Shown here: piece after piece, positions 28,991 through 38,443 of the stretch | Layout of the letters: every line of letters begins with the position of its first letter | How positions within the stretch are numbered: the first letter of the stretch is position 1 | Assembly: GCA_938030705.1 (NCBI GenBank) | Contig: CALHIR010000005.1 | Location: 132,909-196,908, forward strand | Direction: 5' to 3' | DNA: 64,000 bases | Source: Candidatus Poseidoniaceae archaeon | GTDB taxonomy: Archaea; Thermoplasmatota; Poseidoniia; Poseidoniales; Poseidoniaceae | Program-made: the position numbers and the translations under genes | Notes under the pieces: model-generated | What the model was told of the DNA's origin: nothing | The model's database searches: none | Seen by the model: the letters and a program-made list of their open reading frames with translations, nothing else

Positions 28991-29704
28991 TTAGGAACCG
29001 AGTTCTTTGACTTCCGCATCTGAACTTCTTCGCATGACCTGCCCAATGAGTTCGCCCTTCATGCCTGCAGGACATTCAATCACGCAAGCCCAAGAGCCGT
29101 CCTCAAGCCAACCCTCTTTTTTCTGATATGACCGGAGAAGTTGAGAAACCGAACCGTAGGCAGAACCGGGCACTTTGAATGCGAGGCGAACAGATTCAAA
29201 GGATAACGGAATCAAAGGTTTGAGTTTGGCGATGGCGTCTTTCACCTGCTCTTCGAGACGCTTGAAGGGGTCAACCGAATACCGTGATTCTTCCAGTGCT
29301 AACTCGAGACGTGTTTTTGGATGGGGCGATTTGGTCTTTGGATCCACTGCTTGAGAGTGAATGTGGTGAATGATTTGCTGGCGCATGTTCTCGACCATTT
29401 GCTTTCGCTGGGCTGTCGTGAGTTGGATGGACCCCTTCTCGAGAATAATGGTGGTGATGGCCACGATGTCTTGGGTGCCAAAGGTCTTCTCGATGGCCTC
29501 CTCTGTTGGGCGCTCGCCGCCACGGGCATCATGGAAGACCTCGTCCATAGCGAGAAAATCATTGATCTCGATGGACTCTGGTGCATCCTTGAACGCTTCA
29601 ACCATCGTCGGGTCGACCAACACCTCGTAGCGTTTTCCACCCTTTTCCATTCGGGCAAGAACTGCGTCGTCAAGACTGACCATACCATCACTCATTCTCG
29701 CCAT
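28991..29704 (-). CDS. SBDS/Sdo1 ribosome maturation protein
   Basis: 'KRYEVLVDPTMVEAFKD' FYSH-domain start. 237 aa. Sits between psmA and rrp4 as in the archaeal exosome superoperon. Confidence 0.85.
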   Translation of the reverse strand: MARMSDGMVSLDDAVLARMEKGGKRYEVLVDPTMVEAFKDAPESIEINDFLAMDEVFHDARGGERPTEEAIEKTFGTQDIVAITTIILEKGSIQLTTAQRKQMVENMRQQIIHHIHSQAVDPKTKSPHPKTRLELALEESRYSVDPFKRLEEQVKDAIAKLKPLIPLSFESVRLAFKVPGSAYGSVSQLLRSYQKKEGWLEDGSWACVIECPAGMKGELIGQVMRRSSDAEVKELGS

Positions 29705-29731
29705 AGAAGAGGCGACGCTTCAACCTAACCC

Positions 29732-30454
29732 TCAATCATCAAGGGGCTTCAAACGGTCAATTTGCTTGTTCACTTCACCACGGTCAAGGACACGGTAGCC
29801 GTTTGAATCGACAACGGTGACCTCAACAGCCTCCCGATTCAATTCAGCGTCGTTGGCTGAGCGGAGGGCTTCGAGGCCGAGTTTCATGGCGGCGTTGAGC
29901 GTCATGTTCTCCTTCCAATTGTCTTCAAAGAACTCGATGACGGTGTTTCGGCCGCTACCGATGGCACCTGCATGGTAGGATTGGTAAGCCCCCGAGGGGT
30001 CTGTTTCGTAGAGGTGAATGCCGTTGTCGTCAACACCTCCAATGAGAAGCGCCGTTCCGAACGGACGGGAGCCCCCGTATTGAGTGAACGACTGCTTGAA
30101 ATCACAGATTTTCTTCACCAGAACATCAACGGGAACGGTCGCACCGTAGGTGATTCGATTGATTTGCGCCTCAACACGGGCACGAGCAACAAGTTGGCGA
30201 GCGTCAGCCACCAATCCAGAGGTGGCAATACCAATGTGGCCGTCGATTTTGAACATCTTCTCAATGGATTCTGGGATAATGAGGCGACTGATAATGCGCT
30301 TGTCGCACACAAGAACAACGCCATCCTTGAATTTGAGGGCGGCGGTGGTGGTCCCACGCTTCACGGACTCGCGTGCATATTCGACTTGGAACAATCGTCC
30401 GTCTGGGCTGAATGTTGTGATTCCGTGATCGTATCCTCTTCCACTTGGTTGCAT
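29732..30454 (-). CDS. psmA: Proteasome alpha subunit
   Basis: 'YDHGITTFSPDGRLFQVEYA', 'GTTTAALK', 'GYRVLD'. Confidence 0.95.
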   Translation of the reverse strand: MQPSGRGYDHGITTFSPDGRLFQVEYARESVKRGTTTAALKFKDGVVLVCDKRIISRLIIPESIEKMFKIDGHIGIATSGLVADARQLVARARVEAQINRITYGATVPVDVLVKKICDFKQSFTQYGGSRPFGTALLIGGVDDNGIHLYETDPSGAYQSYHAGAIGSGRNTVIEFFEDNWKENMTLNAAMKLGLEALRSANDAELNREAVEVTVVDSNGYRVLDRGEVNKQIDRLKPLDD

Positions 30455-30608
30455 GGTCTGACCTCATTCTTATGGCTCGGTTGACACTTTATGAGGATGA
30501 GGGTCATCTTGGATGAGTGCTGCTCCGATTCCAGGTTGACCTACCGGCCGACCTGTATGAACCCTACGAGGCGAACAGGCTCATCAAGGTGAGGCCCATG
30601 GCACGACC

Positions 30609-31256
30609 ATGCGGGTCGTCGTCCTTTCGTCGGGAGGAAAGGATTCTGCAGCGGCATGGTGGTGGGCTAAATGCAGAGGATGGGAGGTGGTCGCTTTGGT
30701 CACGGTTTCCATTACCGGCCAAGATTCACCGATGTTCCAAATTCCAAGCACGCACTTGGTGGAACAACAAGCGGAACTTGCTGATCTTCCGTGGATCAAC
30801 GTGTCGACCTCGGGGGAAACCCCCGACGACATCGAGGCGCTGGAAAACGCTCTCGCCCCCCTCGACATTGAAGGCTTAGTCTCCGGTGCGCTTCGTTCAG
30901 ATTATCAGAAATCGCGTCTTGAGCAGATGGCAGAACGCTTGGGCATCAACAGCTGGACACCTCTTTGGCATCAATCCGGCCGCGAGCATGTTCAGCAAAT
31001 GATCGACCACGGCTTTGAAATCATGATCACCGGCGTATCAGCCGAGGGATTGGGGAAAGAATGGCTGGGTCATGTACTGACACCAACGTCGTTTGAGCGC
31101 TTGGAGGAACTCGCCAATCGCTACCGCTTCCATGTAGAGGGAGAGGGTGGGGAATACGAGACCTTCGTCCTTGCTGGACCTCATGTTGAGGGCCGCCTTG
31201 AGGTGGTAGGTGAAGTGGTTTGGGACGGTGTACGTGGACACGTCTCGTTTCATTGA
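30609..31256 (+). CDS. dph6: Diphthine–ammonia ligase (Dph6, MJ0570-family PP-loop ATPase)
   Basis: PP-loop 'LSSGGKDS' and 'EGEGGEYETFVL'. Colinear with MJ0570 throughout. Confidence 0.85.
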   Translation: MRVVVLSSGGKDSAAAWWWAKCRGWEVVALVTVSITGQDSPMFQIPSTHLVEQQAELADLPWINVSTSGETPDDIEALENALAPLDIEGLVSGALRSDYQKSRLEQMAERLGINSWTPLWHQSGREHVQQMIDHGFEIMITGVSAEGLGKEWLGHVLTPTSFERLEELANRYRFHVEGEGGEYETFVLAGPHVEGRLEVVGEVVWDGVRGHVSFH

Positions 31257-32599
31257 ACGGCATCACGGGCAAGGGCGACACATTCGTCGACGATTTCTCC
31301 TGCCACACCAACGTGGTTCAGCGGGTCAAACATCGCCTCCAATTCCTCAGCAGAGAAGGCAGCGGAGATAGCGGGGGTTCGGCTGCATACGTCGATCAGT
31401 TCTTCGCCCTTGGCCACGGCTTCAAAGGAGGCTTCTCGCATCACTTCGTGGGCCTCATCCCTGGCCACGCCATGGTCAACCAACTCGATCATGACCTTCT
31501 CAGCCATGACCAGCCCTTTCTGTGCGTGGATATTGGCCAAACACCGGTCTCGGTCGACCCACATATTGGTCAAGACATCCGCAGTCTTGACCATCACGTC
31601 CTCGAGCAGCGCCGATGCGTGCGAGAGCGTGAAGCGTTCACTGCTTGAGTTGGCCAAGTCCCGCTCATGCCACAGCAAAGCGTTCTCGTAGGTAGGGATG
31701 ATGAAGGAACGAACAATGCGTGCAAGACCCGATGCATTCTCTGATTTGATGGGGTTCTTTTTGTGGGCCATGGTGGATGAACCGACTTGCTTCTTGACGT
31801 CAAAACCTTCACCCGCTTCCGCCAGTTCTGACCGTTGAAGATTGCGGATTTCTTGAAGCACCTTTTCGCACGTCGTGGCGACATTGGCCAACCAGGAGAT
31901 GTATTCGACGTACCGGTCTCGACCAACAACCTGTGTCGTTGCCAGCGGGACGCCCAAGCCAAGATGGGTCAGGATGAGGCGTTGAAGTTCACGTGCATTT
32001 TCACCTTGCGCAGCGCCCGTTCCCACGGCTCCAAGGAACTTACCAACGGCGATGCGGGGGGAGGCTTCATCCAAACGAATCAACTGACGGCGTAGTTCGT
32101 CCAACCACACGGCTGCTTTCAATCCGAAGGTGATGGGGACGGCCGCTTGGCCGTGTGTGCGGCCGAGCATGACGGTGTCCCGCTCACGTTCAGCGACATC
32201 AGCACATACCGAGATGAGGTGACGGAGTTGTTGCCGAAGTAACACGATGCTGTCCCGCAATTGGAGGCCGACCGCCGTGTCGACAATGTCGTTGGAAGTC
32301 GCTCCAAGATGGATGCACCACCCGGCATCTCCTGCGGCTTCGGCCATGGCCTTGGTCAAGGCCATGATGTCGTGGCGGGTCTCGGCCTCAATCTCGCTTA
32401 CGCGTTCTTTGGTCACGGCCTCGGGATTGGCAATGGCAGCCACCGCGTTGTAATCTTCTTCAGTGACCCGGCCGAGTTGCCAGTGGGCCCAAATCAAGGC
32501 TCTTTCAACCTCAAGTTGGCGCTCATGACGGCCAAGTTCTGACCAAATGTGCTTGAAATCTTGGGAACCGTACCGGTAATCGAGCGGGCAGAAGGCCAT
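31250..32599 (-). CDS. purB: Adenylosuccinate lyase
   Basis: 'LDYRYGS' and the fumarate-lyase signature 'GSSTMAHKKNP'. Start at MAFCPL; the track ORF extends to 32659. Confidence 0.9.
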   Translation of the reverse strand: MAFCPLDYRYGSQDFKHIWSELGRHERQLEVERALIWAHWQLGRVTEEDYNAVAAIANPEAVTKERVSEIEAETRHDIMALTKAMAEAAGDAGWCIHLGATSNDIVDTAVGLQLRDSIVLLRQQLRHLISVCADVAERERDTVMLGRTHGQAAVPITFGLKAAVWLDELRRQLIRLDEASPRIAVGKFLGAVGTGAAQGENARELQRLILTHLGLGVPLATTQVVGRDRYVEYISWLANVATTCEKVLQEIRNLQRSELAEAGEGFDVKKQVGSSTMAHKKNPIKSENASGLARIVRSFIIPTYENALLWHERDLANSSSERFTLSHASALLEDVMVKTADVLTNMWVDRDRCLANIHAQKGLVMAEKVMIELVDHGVARDEAHEVMREASFEAVAKGEELIDVCSRTPAISAAFSAEELEAMFDPLNHVGVAGEIVDECVALARDAVQ

Positions 32600-32655
32600 G
32601 TTCTGAGGCGTGCGACCCGATTCATCAACCTTACCACACGGCACCATCAACCGGT

Positions 32656-33174
32656 TCAAGCCACGTCGGCCGTCATGACCTCATCGACCTCAACGGGAGC
32701 CATGACGTTGCGAATCAAGAAGATGGCAAGGATGGAAGAGGCGATGAAGGAAACACCGACCCAGGACGACATATTGTACCACATCATGGCAACACCGATG
32801 AGGGAGCCGTAAGAGACGACTTGACACAGGGCAGAAGCGAGCTCGAGTTTGCGTAAGCGCGCTGCAGGAAGGCGCTGCTCGTGTTCGAGGACGAAGGTGT
32901 AGATGAGAAAATAAATTCCCTGGAAGGGTAAGGCAGCGGCGATGATGGCAAGAGCAACCTCACGAATCATGAGATATTCCCTCGATTGTTCAATGCCCTG
33001 AAACAGCATGAGAGCCGTATTGGTGCCCAGCAAGGCAGCCATGATGGTCCAACGCTTGTCTTGTGAAGAGGTTCTGCTCTCAACGTTCACCGACTCTTCA
33101 CTCATAGGACGAGCATCATGTCGGTGAGGATTTGATGTTTGCCTCTTGTGACGGAGGGAAGGTTGCGAATTCAA
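32656..33174 (-). CDS. Hypothetical membrane protein
   Basis: Four predicted TM helices, no motifs. Overlaps purB by 4 nt and the next gene by 4 nt. Confidence 0.4.
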   Translation of the reverse strand: MNSQPSLRHKRQTSNPHRHDARPMSEESVNVESRTSSQDKRWTIMAALLGTNTALMLFQGIEQSREYLMIREVALAIIAAALPFQGIYFLIYTFVLEHEQRLPAARLRKLELASALCQVVSYGSLIGVAMMWYNMSSWVGVSFIASSILAIFLIRNVMAPVEVDEVMTADVA

Positions 33175-33443
33175 CCGAGGAGACGGATGACCGTTCCCGT
33201 GATGGCAGCCACGATCAGCAACATGATCATCATCGCCACGGGGCCGTACTGGTTTTTGTCATCGAGCGCCGTCCCGATGAAGCCGTCTCTGGTGATGGCT
33301 TCCACGAAACTGTTGGCTTCCTCAAATTGCGGAGGTTCTCGCCGTGGAATGCGTTCTCCCTTGCGAACTTCGCCACTCATGATTCCGCTGAGGGGGTCGG
33401 GGGTCATAGCCCTTGCGAACCTTGTATCCGCCGCAAGCCTCAT
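33171..33443 (-). CDS. Small hypothetical membrane protein
   Basis: 90 aa with a single C-terminal TM helix ('PVAMMIMLLIVAAITGTVI'). Translationally coupled to the downstream gene. Confidence 0.3.
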   Translation of the reverse strand: MRLAADTRFARAMTPDPLSGIMSGEVRKGERIPRREPPQFEEANSFVEAITRDGFIGTALDDKNQYGPVAMMIMLLIVAAITGTVIRLLG

Positions 33444-33468
33444 TCACCGATGGCGCAGGCTTTGAGGC

Positions 33469-34059
33469 ATGGAGCGATTCAATTTCGAGGTCAGCGGAGA
33501 ACGTATTCATCTCGCCGTTGAAGGCAGCACCGGTGGAACCACGCTCGGGCTTCACCTTGCTGCAGACGTTATCAACGAAGGGAAACGCGTGCTTTGGGCA
33601 TCCCTCGAAATGCCTGACGCCGCCCGGTTTTCCCAACTCTTTCAACACCTATCCTTGGTTGAAAGTTCGAGGTTTCATGCCATGAATTTCGGAGGGAAAT
33701 TTGACCGGGCCATCGATGCACTGCTTGAAGCAGCCACATCACTTCCAAGCGTTGGCCTCATCGTGATGGACGATTGGTGCGCCTCAAGCGGGAGAATCTC
33801 ATCCGAGCGCCTCCAACACATTGAGCGCGTGGCGATGGAGTGCCCGGATTCCACCACCATTCTCTTGATTTCAAAGGGCAGCGTTGACGCCAGCGGTTCC
33901 ACCGAAGACCCGATCGTGGCTCGCTCCGCTGATGCCATGAGCAAAAAGGGATACCAAATCTGGAGATTATGGCGTGGATTGAACGGCGGGCAACGGGTGC
34001 TTGTAAGAGGCGAAACGACCACCAATGTGGTGATTGAAGATTCAGGATTCGTCCGCTGA
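33469..34059 (+). CDS. RecA-superfamily (KaiC/RadB-like) ATPase homolog with a degenerate Walker A
   Basis: The 'AVEGSTGGTTLGLHLAADVINEGKRVLWASLEMP' and 'GLIVMDDW' layout mirrors KaiC-like P-loop (Walker A) and Walker B regions, but the P-loop Lys is absent (GSTGGTT). Confidence 0.4.
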   Translation: MERFNFEVSGERIHLAVEGSTGGTTLGLHLAADVINEGKRVLWASLEMPDAARFSQLFQHLSLVESSRFHAMNFGGKFDRAIDALLEAATSLPSVGLIVMDDWCASSGRISSERLQHIERVAMECPDSTTILLISKGSVDASGSTEDPIVARSADAMSKKGYQIWRLWRGLNGGQRVLVRGETTTNVVIEDSGFVR

Positions 34060-34341
34060 CGCCTCATCTTCTCCAAGCAGTTTGGCCATTTCCTCGAGGG
34101 CATCCTCATCGGGCTCATCAAACTGTTGTGGATTTCGGGCACCACCATCCATTTCATCTTGACCAGCAATCTTTGGCCCGCTCGATTCAAGCATGGAGGA
34201 GCGGTTTTTCATGGCGCGCTGGCTGATGAACCACACCATCACGAGCAAACTCAACCCCATGATGGCGTAGGCGATGTTCTTGGTGGTTTCTGGCTCCATG
34301 GACGAAACTGAATGCTCAACCTTTTCATCGTTTTGTAGCAA
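34042..34341 (-). CDS. Small hypothetical membrane protein with an acidic C-terminal tail
   Basis: 99 aa with one TM helix ('IAYAIMGLSLLVMVWFI'). Coupled to the tiaS stop. Confidence 0.3.
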   Translation of the reverse strand: MLQNDEKVEHSVSSMEPETTKNIAYAIMGLSLLVMVWFISQRAMKNRSSMLESSGPKIAGQDEMDGGARNPQQFDEPDEDALEEMAKLLGEDEASADES

Positions 34342-35547
34342 TCACATCGTTCCGTCAGCATCTTCCCACGCAAGCGGTCGAGCGAGATGGCGGCGTGCAT
34401 CCATTGGAGGTTCTACCCAGCCGGCATACGGAGGTTCGACAATGACGGCCTCCCAAGCCTCGCCCGTTCGTAATTTGCACGATGGACATCGCAAACCTTG
34501 TCCTTTGCCCATGCTCTTCAGGCGCACATCGCACGATGAACAGCGTGGTCGTTGAAACGTGCGGGGCTCCCACGATTCGACTTTCAGACGTTCGGCATGC
34601 AGTGTCCCATCCGGATGGAGTAAGCCAGCAACGGCCACGGTGTCTCCGGCCTTCAGCCATCGCGCCACCGAATTGACGGGACCACCTTCTGCGTAAGCAA
34701 GAACGGTTGGACCATCGGTCCGAATCATTGCATGCTTGCGAGTGGGGTGGGTTTCAACCCCCACAACGGTGAAAATCTGAGGTGGTGGCAAATGGTCGCC
34801 GCTGGCCTGGTTGGTTTGAAACACCCGCCACCCGGATACCGATTCGGTCCCCGGCGAGTGCATGAGATGCTTGCATGCGCCTTCCGCTGCCTCAAAACTT
34901 GTTCCTCGAACGCCAAAGAGCACCGGCGAGGCCCCTCGTGGCGCAATCAAACCACTACCGTTTCTCGGGTCGCGCGAAAACACCACCCCGTCCCAACCGT
35001 CAATTTCCTCAAGGGCGTCCGAGTCGATGACTCGCTGTTGATGTTGGTCAGTTGTAGACCGCCAGGCAATCGCTTCCCACGTGATGCTTTCAGCCGGCCA
35101 GGACACGGCTGCAGCGGCCCCAATTCTTCCTGACCCTCCCCAAGCATGATGGGGCGTTGGCAGCGATGAAATTCCAACTTCTTCGCGAACAGCTTTCCAG
35201 TAAAACTGTCCATCCGGGGGTGTTCGATAATACACCATGCCCGGACTTGCAGGTGATTGAGGCCTGTCCGAGACCGCCGAGGGCGCTACAACCCCGTGCA
35301 ACGGCTCGATATGCTCCGTCCACCACGCCTCAAGATGGTGCATCAACCCCGCTTCATCATCGGCGTGAAGTTCAACCGCCAGGGCAGCATTACCACGCGT
35401 TCTTCGCCGAGCAAACGGCCACAGGCGAACAAGTCGAGGAACACCCGTCTTGACGCCCTCTGGCAACCCTTCCAACAGGGCATGGAAGGTGGCCGTGGTG
35501 CAACCACCCTCCAGTGAATCGGTATCGTCAAGCCCTAACCACCCCAT
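34342..35547 (-). CDS. tiaS: tRNA(Ile2) 2-agmatinylcytidine synthetase TiaS
   Basis: N-terminal 'LGLDDTDSLEGGCTT' (TiaS kinase-like domain) and C-terminal zinc ribbon 'RCSSCDV...RCPSCK'. About 400 aa. Confidence 0.8.
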   Translation of the reverse strand: MGWLGLDDTDSLEGGCTTATFHALLEGLPEGVKTGVPRLVRLWPFARRRTRGNAALAVELHADDEAGLMHHLEAWWTEHIEPLHGVVAPSAVSDRPQSPASPGMVYYRTPPDGQFYWKAVREEVGISSLPTPHHAWGGSGRIGAAAAVSWPAESITWEAIAWRSTTDQHQQRVIDSDALEEIDGWDGVVFSRDPRNGSGLIAPRGASPVLFGVRGTSFEAAEGACKHLMHSPGTESVSGWRVFQTNQASGDHLPPPQIFTVVGVETHPTRKHAMIRTDGPTVLAYAEGGPVNSVARWLKAGDTVAVAGLLHPDGTLHAERLKVESWEPRTFQRPRCSSCDVRLKSMGKGQGLRCPSCKLRTGEAWEAVIVEPPYAGWVEPPMDARRHLARPLAWEDADGTM

Positions 35548-35555
35548 GAGACCAC

Positions 35556-36215
35556 CTATGGTTGAAACGTATCACCAGGATCGTCTGCGTTGGACAACCG
35601 GTCGCGTACCTGTGAAAGACCGATGGTCTTTGAGACCCGAAAGAGCCTCGCCCCATAGGCCCATCCAGCTCCCATGTCGGAGTTGCGGTCGCCCACCATC
35701 AAATCAAGAACATGTGGAGGAGCGGGCTTGGCCCCCCACCAGTTCACCGTGCGTTCGTCAGCAGGGTAGAGTTGAGGCCGGAAGGAAGCCGTAACCTCGT
35801 CTTCCCTGCGCAGGAGGTGGTGGCCGAGAAACAACATGTTTGGGGACGGTTTACGGCAACGGCAACGGTCTTCATAACGATGGGGGCAGGTCAAGAAGGC
35901 ATCGACATGAGCCCTTGGGTCCACTTCGAGAAGACGTTGCTGCAGAGTAGCATGAAGAAGTTCAAGACGTTCCGGCCCCCACAACCCCCTTGCTATTGGA
36001 GATTGATTGGTGACGACACAGATGAGGAAACCCTGTTCACGAAGTTCAGCGATGGCCTCAGCCGCACCGTCAAGGAGTTTCATTTCCTCCGGACGATTGA
36101 CATAACCCGCTTTTCCGAGGTTGAGAACCCCGTCCCTGTCAAGAAACGCCACCGGCGATTCGACACGTGATGGGTAGGGCAGGAGCGGCGCCGTTTGTAC
36201 GAAAGGCCCGTCCAT
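35556..36215 (-). CDS. HAD-IIIA phosphatase (GmhB / histidinol-phosphatase-like)
   Basis: 'AFLDRDGVLN' (motif I), 'VVTNQS' (motif II) and the Zn-binding 'CPHRYEDRCRCRKP' characteristic of GmhB. Confidence 0.7.
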   Translation of the reverse strand: MDGPFVQTAPLLPYPSRVESPVAFLDRDGVLNLGKAGYVNRPEEMKLLDGAAEAIAELREQGFLICVVTNQSPIARGLWGPERLELLHATLQQRLLEVDPRAHVDAFLTCPHRYEDRCRCRKPSPNMLFLGHHLLRREDEVTASFRPQLYPADERTVNWWGAKPAPPHVLDLMVGDRNSDMGAGWAYGARLFRVSKTIGLSQVRDRLSNADDPGDTFQP

Positions 36216-36229
36216 GATGTTCGGCTTCG

Positions 36230-37201
36230 TTGACGACTCATGGGCTTTGTTCTCATTTGGAGACCTTGATAGTGCATCACCTCCTCGGTTGGCATGTGCT
36301 CATCGAACGAGAAACAGCCACACTCATCGGTGCGGCTGGCATGATGCTCCTTGGTGGAGCGTGGTGGTGGCGTGAGCGGTCGGTGGTAAGGTGGGCTCAA
36401 ACTGGGTGGATTCTCGTTGGCGTCTACTTCTTCTCCCAAGCGTGGACCTACCATTCACACGACGATCCCATCTTGACCATCATGTCGGCGTTGACCCTGC
36501 CGTTAAGCGGGCTTGCAGCGTGGTGGGAGCAAGCGGCCGTTGACCGGAAAAAGGAGGCCATCGTTTGGGCCCGGGGCACCGTTGCGTTCGCAGGTGGCCC
36601 TTACCTTCTGATATCCTATGTACCGTACTTGAGCGTGCTCGCGATTTGGTTCGTGGCCTCACAATCGGCTTGGTTTCTTGGATTTGCAACGGGACAAGAC
36701 ATTGAAATTGGAACCACATGGGTGAACGACCCATCCGGACGTGTCTCATGGGAGGAATGGGATGGCAACCGATGGTTTGCAACGGATTTCAGCGGCGAAT
36801 ACGCCTTTCAATCCGAACTGTTGTTCGCCGATGGCAGCCTCATCGGCATCAACTTCGTCCTTGCATGCACCGCCATTCAATCGATGGTCCTCTTCATCGG
36901 GGCAATCGCCGTGTTGAACATGTCATGGAAAAAGCGCGCTCGAGCCTTGTTGCTGGTGATTCCGACCATTCATGCCCTGAATGTTTTCAGAAATGCTGGG
37001 CTCATTTGGATGCACGTGACCTACACGCAGTGGGATTTGTGGGGGTTGAGTGTGTTTGAATTTGGCCACAGTTATATCGCTCGTTTCGTTAGCCTCTTTG
37101 CCATGTTTTTACTTGCCTTGATCATGTTTGAAATGCTACCAAATATGCATCGCAACATCATGGCTTTGACGGGTTCCGACCGCCAAAAACATCAGCCATA
37201 A
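36230..37201 (+). CDS. Archaeosortase/exosortase-family membrane protein
   Basis: Eight predicted TM helices. 'LACTAIQS' resembles the exosortase 'ACSGxxS' active-site Cys motif, and 'LNVFRNAGLIWM' the conserved N..R motif. Confidence 0.55.
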   Translation: MTTHGLCSHLETLIVHHLLGWHVLIERETATLIGAAGMMLLGGAWWWRERSVVRWAQTGWILVGVYFFSQAWTYHSHDDPILTIMSALTLPLSGLAAWWEQAAVDRKKEAIVWARGTVAFAGGPYLLISYVPYLSVLAIWFVASQSAWFLGFATGQDIEIGTTWVNDPSGRVSWEEWDGNRWFATDFSGEYAFQSELLFADGSLIGINFVLACTAIQSMVLFIGAIAVLNMSWKKRARALLLVIPTIHALNVFRNAGLIWMHVTYTQWDLWGLSVFEFGHSYIARFVSLFAMFLLALIMFEMLPNMHRNIMALTGSDRQKHQP

Positions 37202-37203
37202 GG

Positions 37204-37275
37204 TGCAGACGCCGAGAGTCGAACTCGGGTAGAGAGGTTGGGAACCTCCCATCATAACCACTAGATCACGCCTGC
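37204..37275 (-). tRNA. tRNA-Gly (anticodon CCC)
   Basis: Hand-folded: acceptor GCAGGCG/CGTCTGC, anticodon stem GGAGG/CCTCT, loop TTCCCAA (U33, A37), T-arm CCGAG-TTCGACT-CTCGG, discriminator A. CC is encoded; the terminal A is not. Coordinates ±2. Confidence 0.8.
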
Positions 37276-37353
37276 CGTGCTGCTTAGGAGGAAGCCACAA
37301 TTCATGAGCCATTTGGTTGGAAATAATGATGGAGGGGGGCGGAATGTCAGCAC

Positions 37354-38442
37354 ATGCATCCTGCTCTGAAACCGTTTGTGTTTGAGCGGGGAGGTCATAC
37401 CGTACGAAATCGTACCGTGTTGGCCGCCATGACCAATAAACAGAGCCACGCAGACGGTACGCTGTCCGAAGATGAAATTCAATGGCTTGAAGCACGGAGT
37501 GAAGGAGGATTTGGAATCATCACCACCGCCGCAACTCATGTGGAGAAAGACGGGCAGGGTTGGGAAGGCGAATTTGGAACATGGTCCGACACACACCTCG
37601 AGGGACTTACTCAACTCGCTCAAAATATCAATCTCCACGGTGGAATCGGACTGGCCCAGTTGTTTCATGGTGGAATGCGAGCGCCTGAGCGGTTGACCGG
37701 CTGCCAACCAAAATCGGCATCGGAAAACGAACTCGGTAGCGGGCTCGGGCAAAGCAGAGCGATGACTGCCGAGGACATTGAGGGCACAATACGCGCCTTT
37801 GGTCTCGCTGCGAATCGGTGTGAGAAGGCTGGATTCCAAGGGGTTGAACTCCATGGTGCCCATGGATACCTGATCGCCCAATTCCTTGGTGCATCAACCA
37901 ATCGAAGGAACGATGAGTGGGGAGGAAGCCAAAAAAAACGGACCCGTTTTTTACGAGAAATCGTCAACAACGTGCGGCGTTGCACAAGTCCCAATTTTTT
38001 GGTCGGTGTTCGTCTCTCTCCCGTCTTGGCGTCCTGCGGGCTTGACCTTGATGATGCCTTAGATACCCTTCAACAATGCAACGAAATGGACCTTGATTTC
38101 GTCCATGTCTCCTGCTGGGACATTACCGAAACCGGCATTTACAACGGAAAGGAGGAACCCTATACGACCCACTTCAGGAACGTATTGGACGAGGCAACAC
38201 CCCTCATCACGACCGGAGGGGTTTGGAATGCAAACGATGCTCACCTTGCTCATAGGCAAGGTGCAGCGTTTGTAGGCGTTGGACGCGTAGCCATCGCCCA
38301 CCCCGATTGGCCGAGGTATCTCTCCGGGAATGCGAAGGAACCAAAGAGGCCTCCTTTTGATGAGGCCTGGCTGGTGAAAGCCAAACTGAACCCAACCTTC
38401 ATTGCCTACATGCGCCGATGGGATGGCTTTGTGTCGGATTGA
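37354..38442 (+). CDS. Old Yellow Enzyme-family NAD(P)H:flavin oxidoreductase (FMN, TIM barrel)
   Basis: 'LAAMT...Q', 'HGAHGYLIAQFL', 'R..D.WGGS'. Confidence 0.85.
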   Translation: MHPALKPFVFERGGHTVRNRTVLAAMTNKQSHADGTLSEDEIQWLEARSEGGFGIITTAATHVEKDGQGWEGEFGTWSDTHLEGLTQLAQNINLHGGIGLAQLFHGGMRAPERLTGCQPKSASENELGSGLGQSRAMTAEDIEGTIRAFGLAANRCEKAGFQGVELHGAHGYLIAQFLGASTNRRNDEWGGSQKKRTRFLREIVNNVRRCTSPNFLVGVRLSPVLASCGLDLDDALDTLQQCNEMDLDFVHVSCWDITETGIYNGKEEPYTTHFRNVLDEATPLITTGGVWNANDAHLAHRQGAAFVGVGRVAIAHPDWPRYLSGNAKEPKRPPFDEAWLVKAKLNPTFIAYMRRWDGFVSD

Positions 38443-38443
38443 G

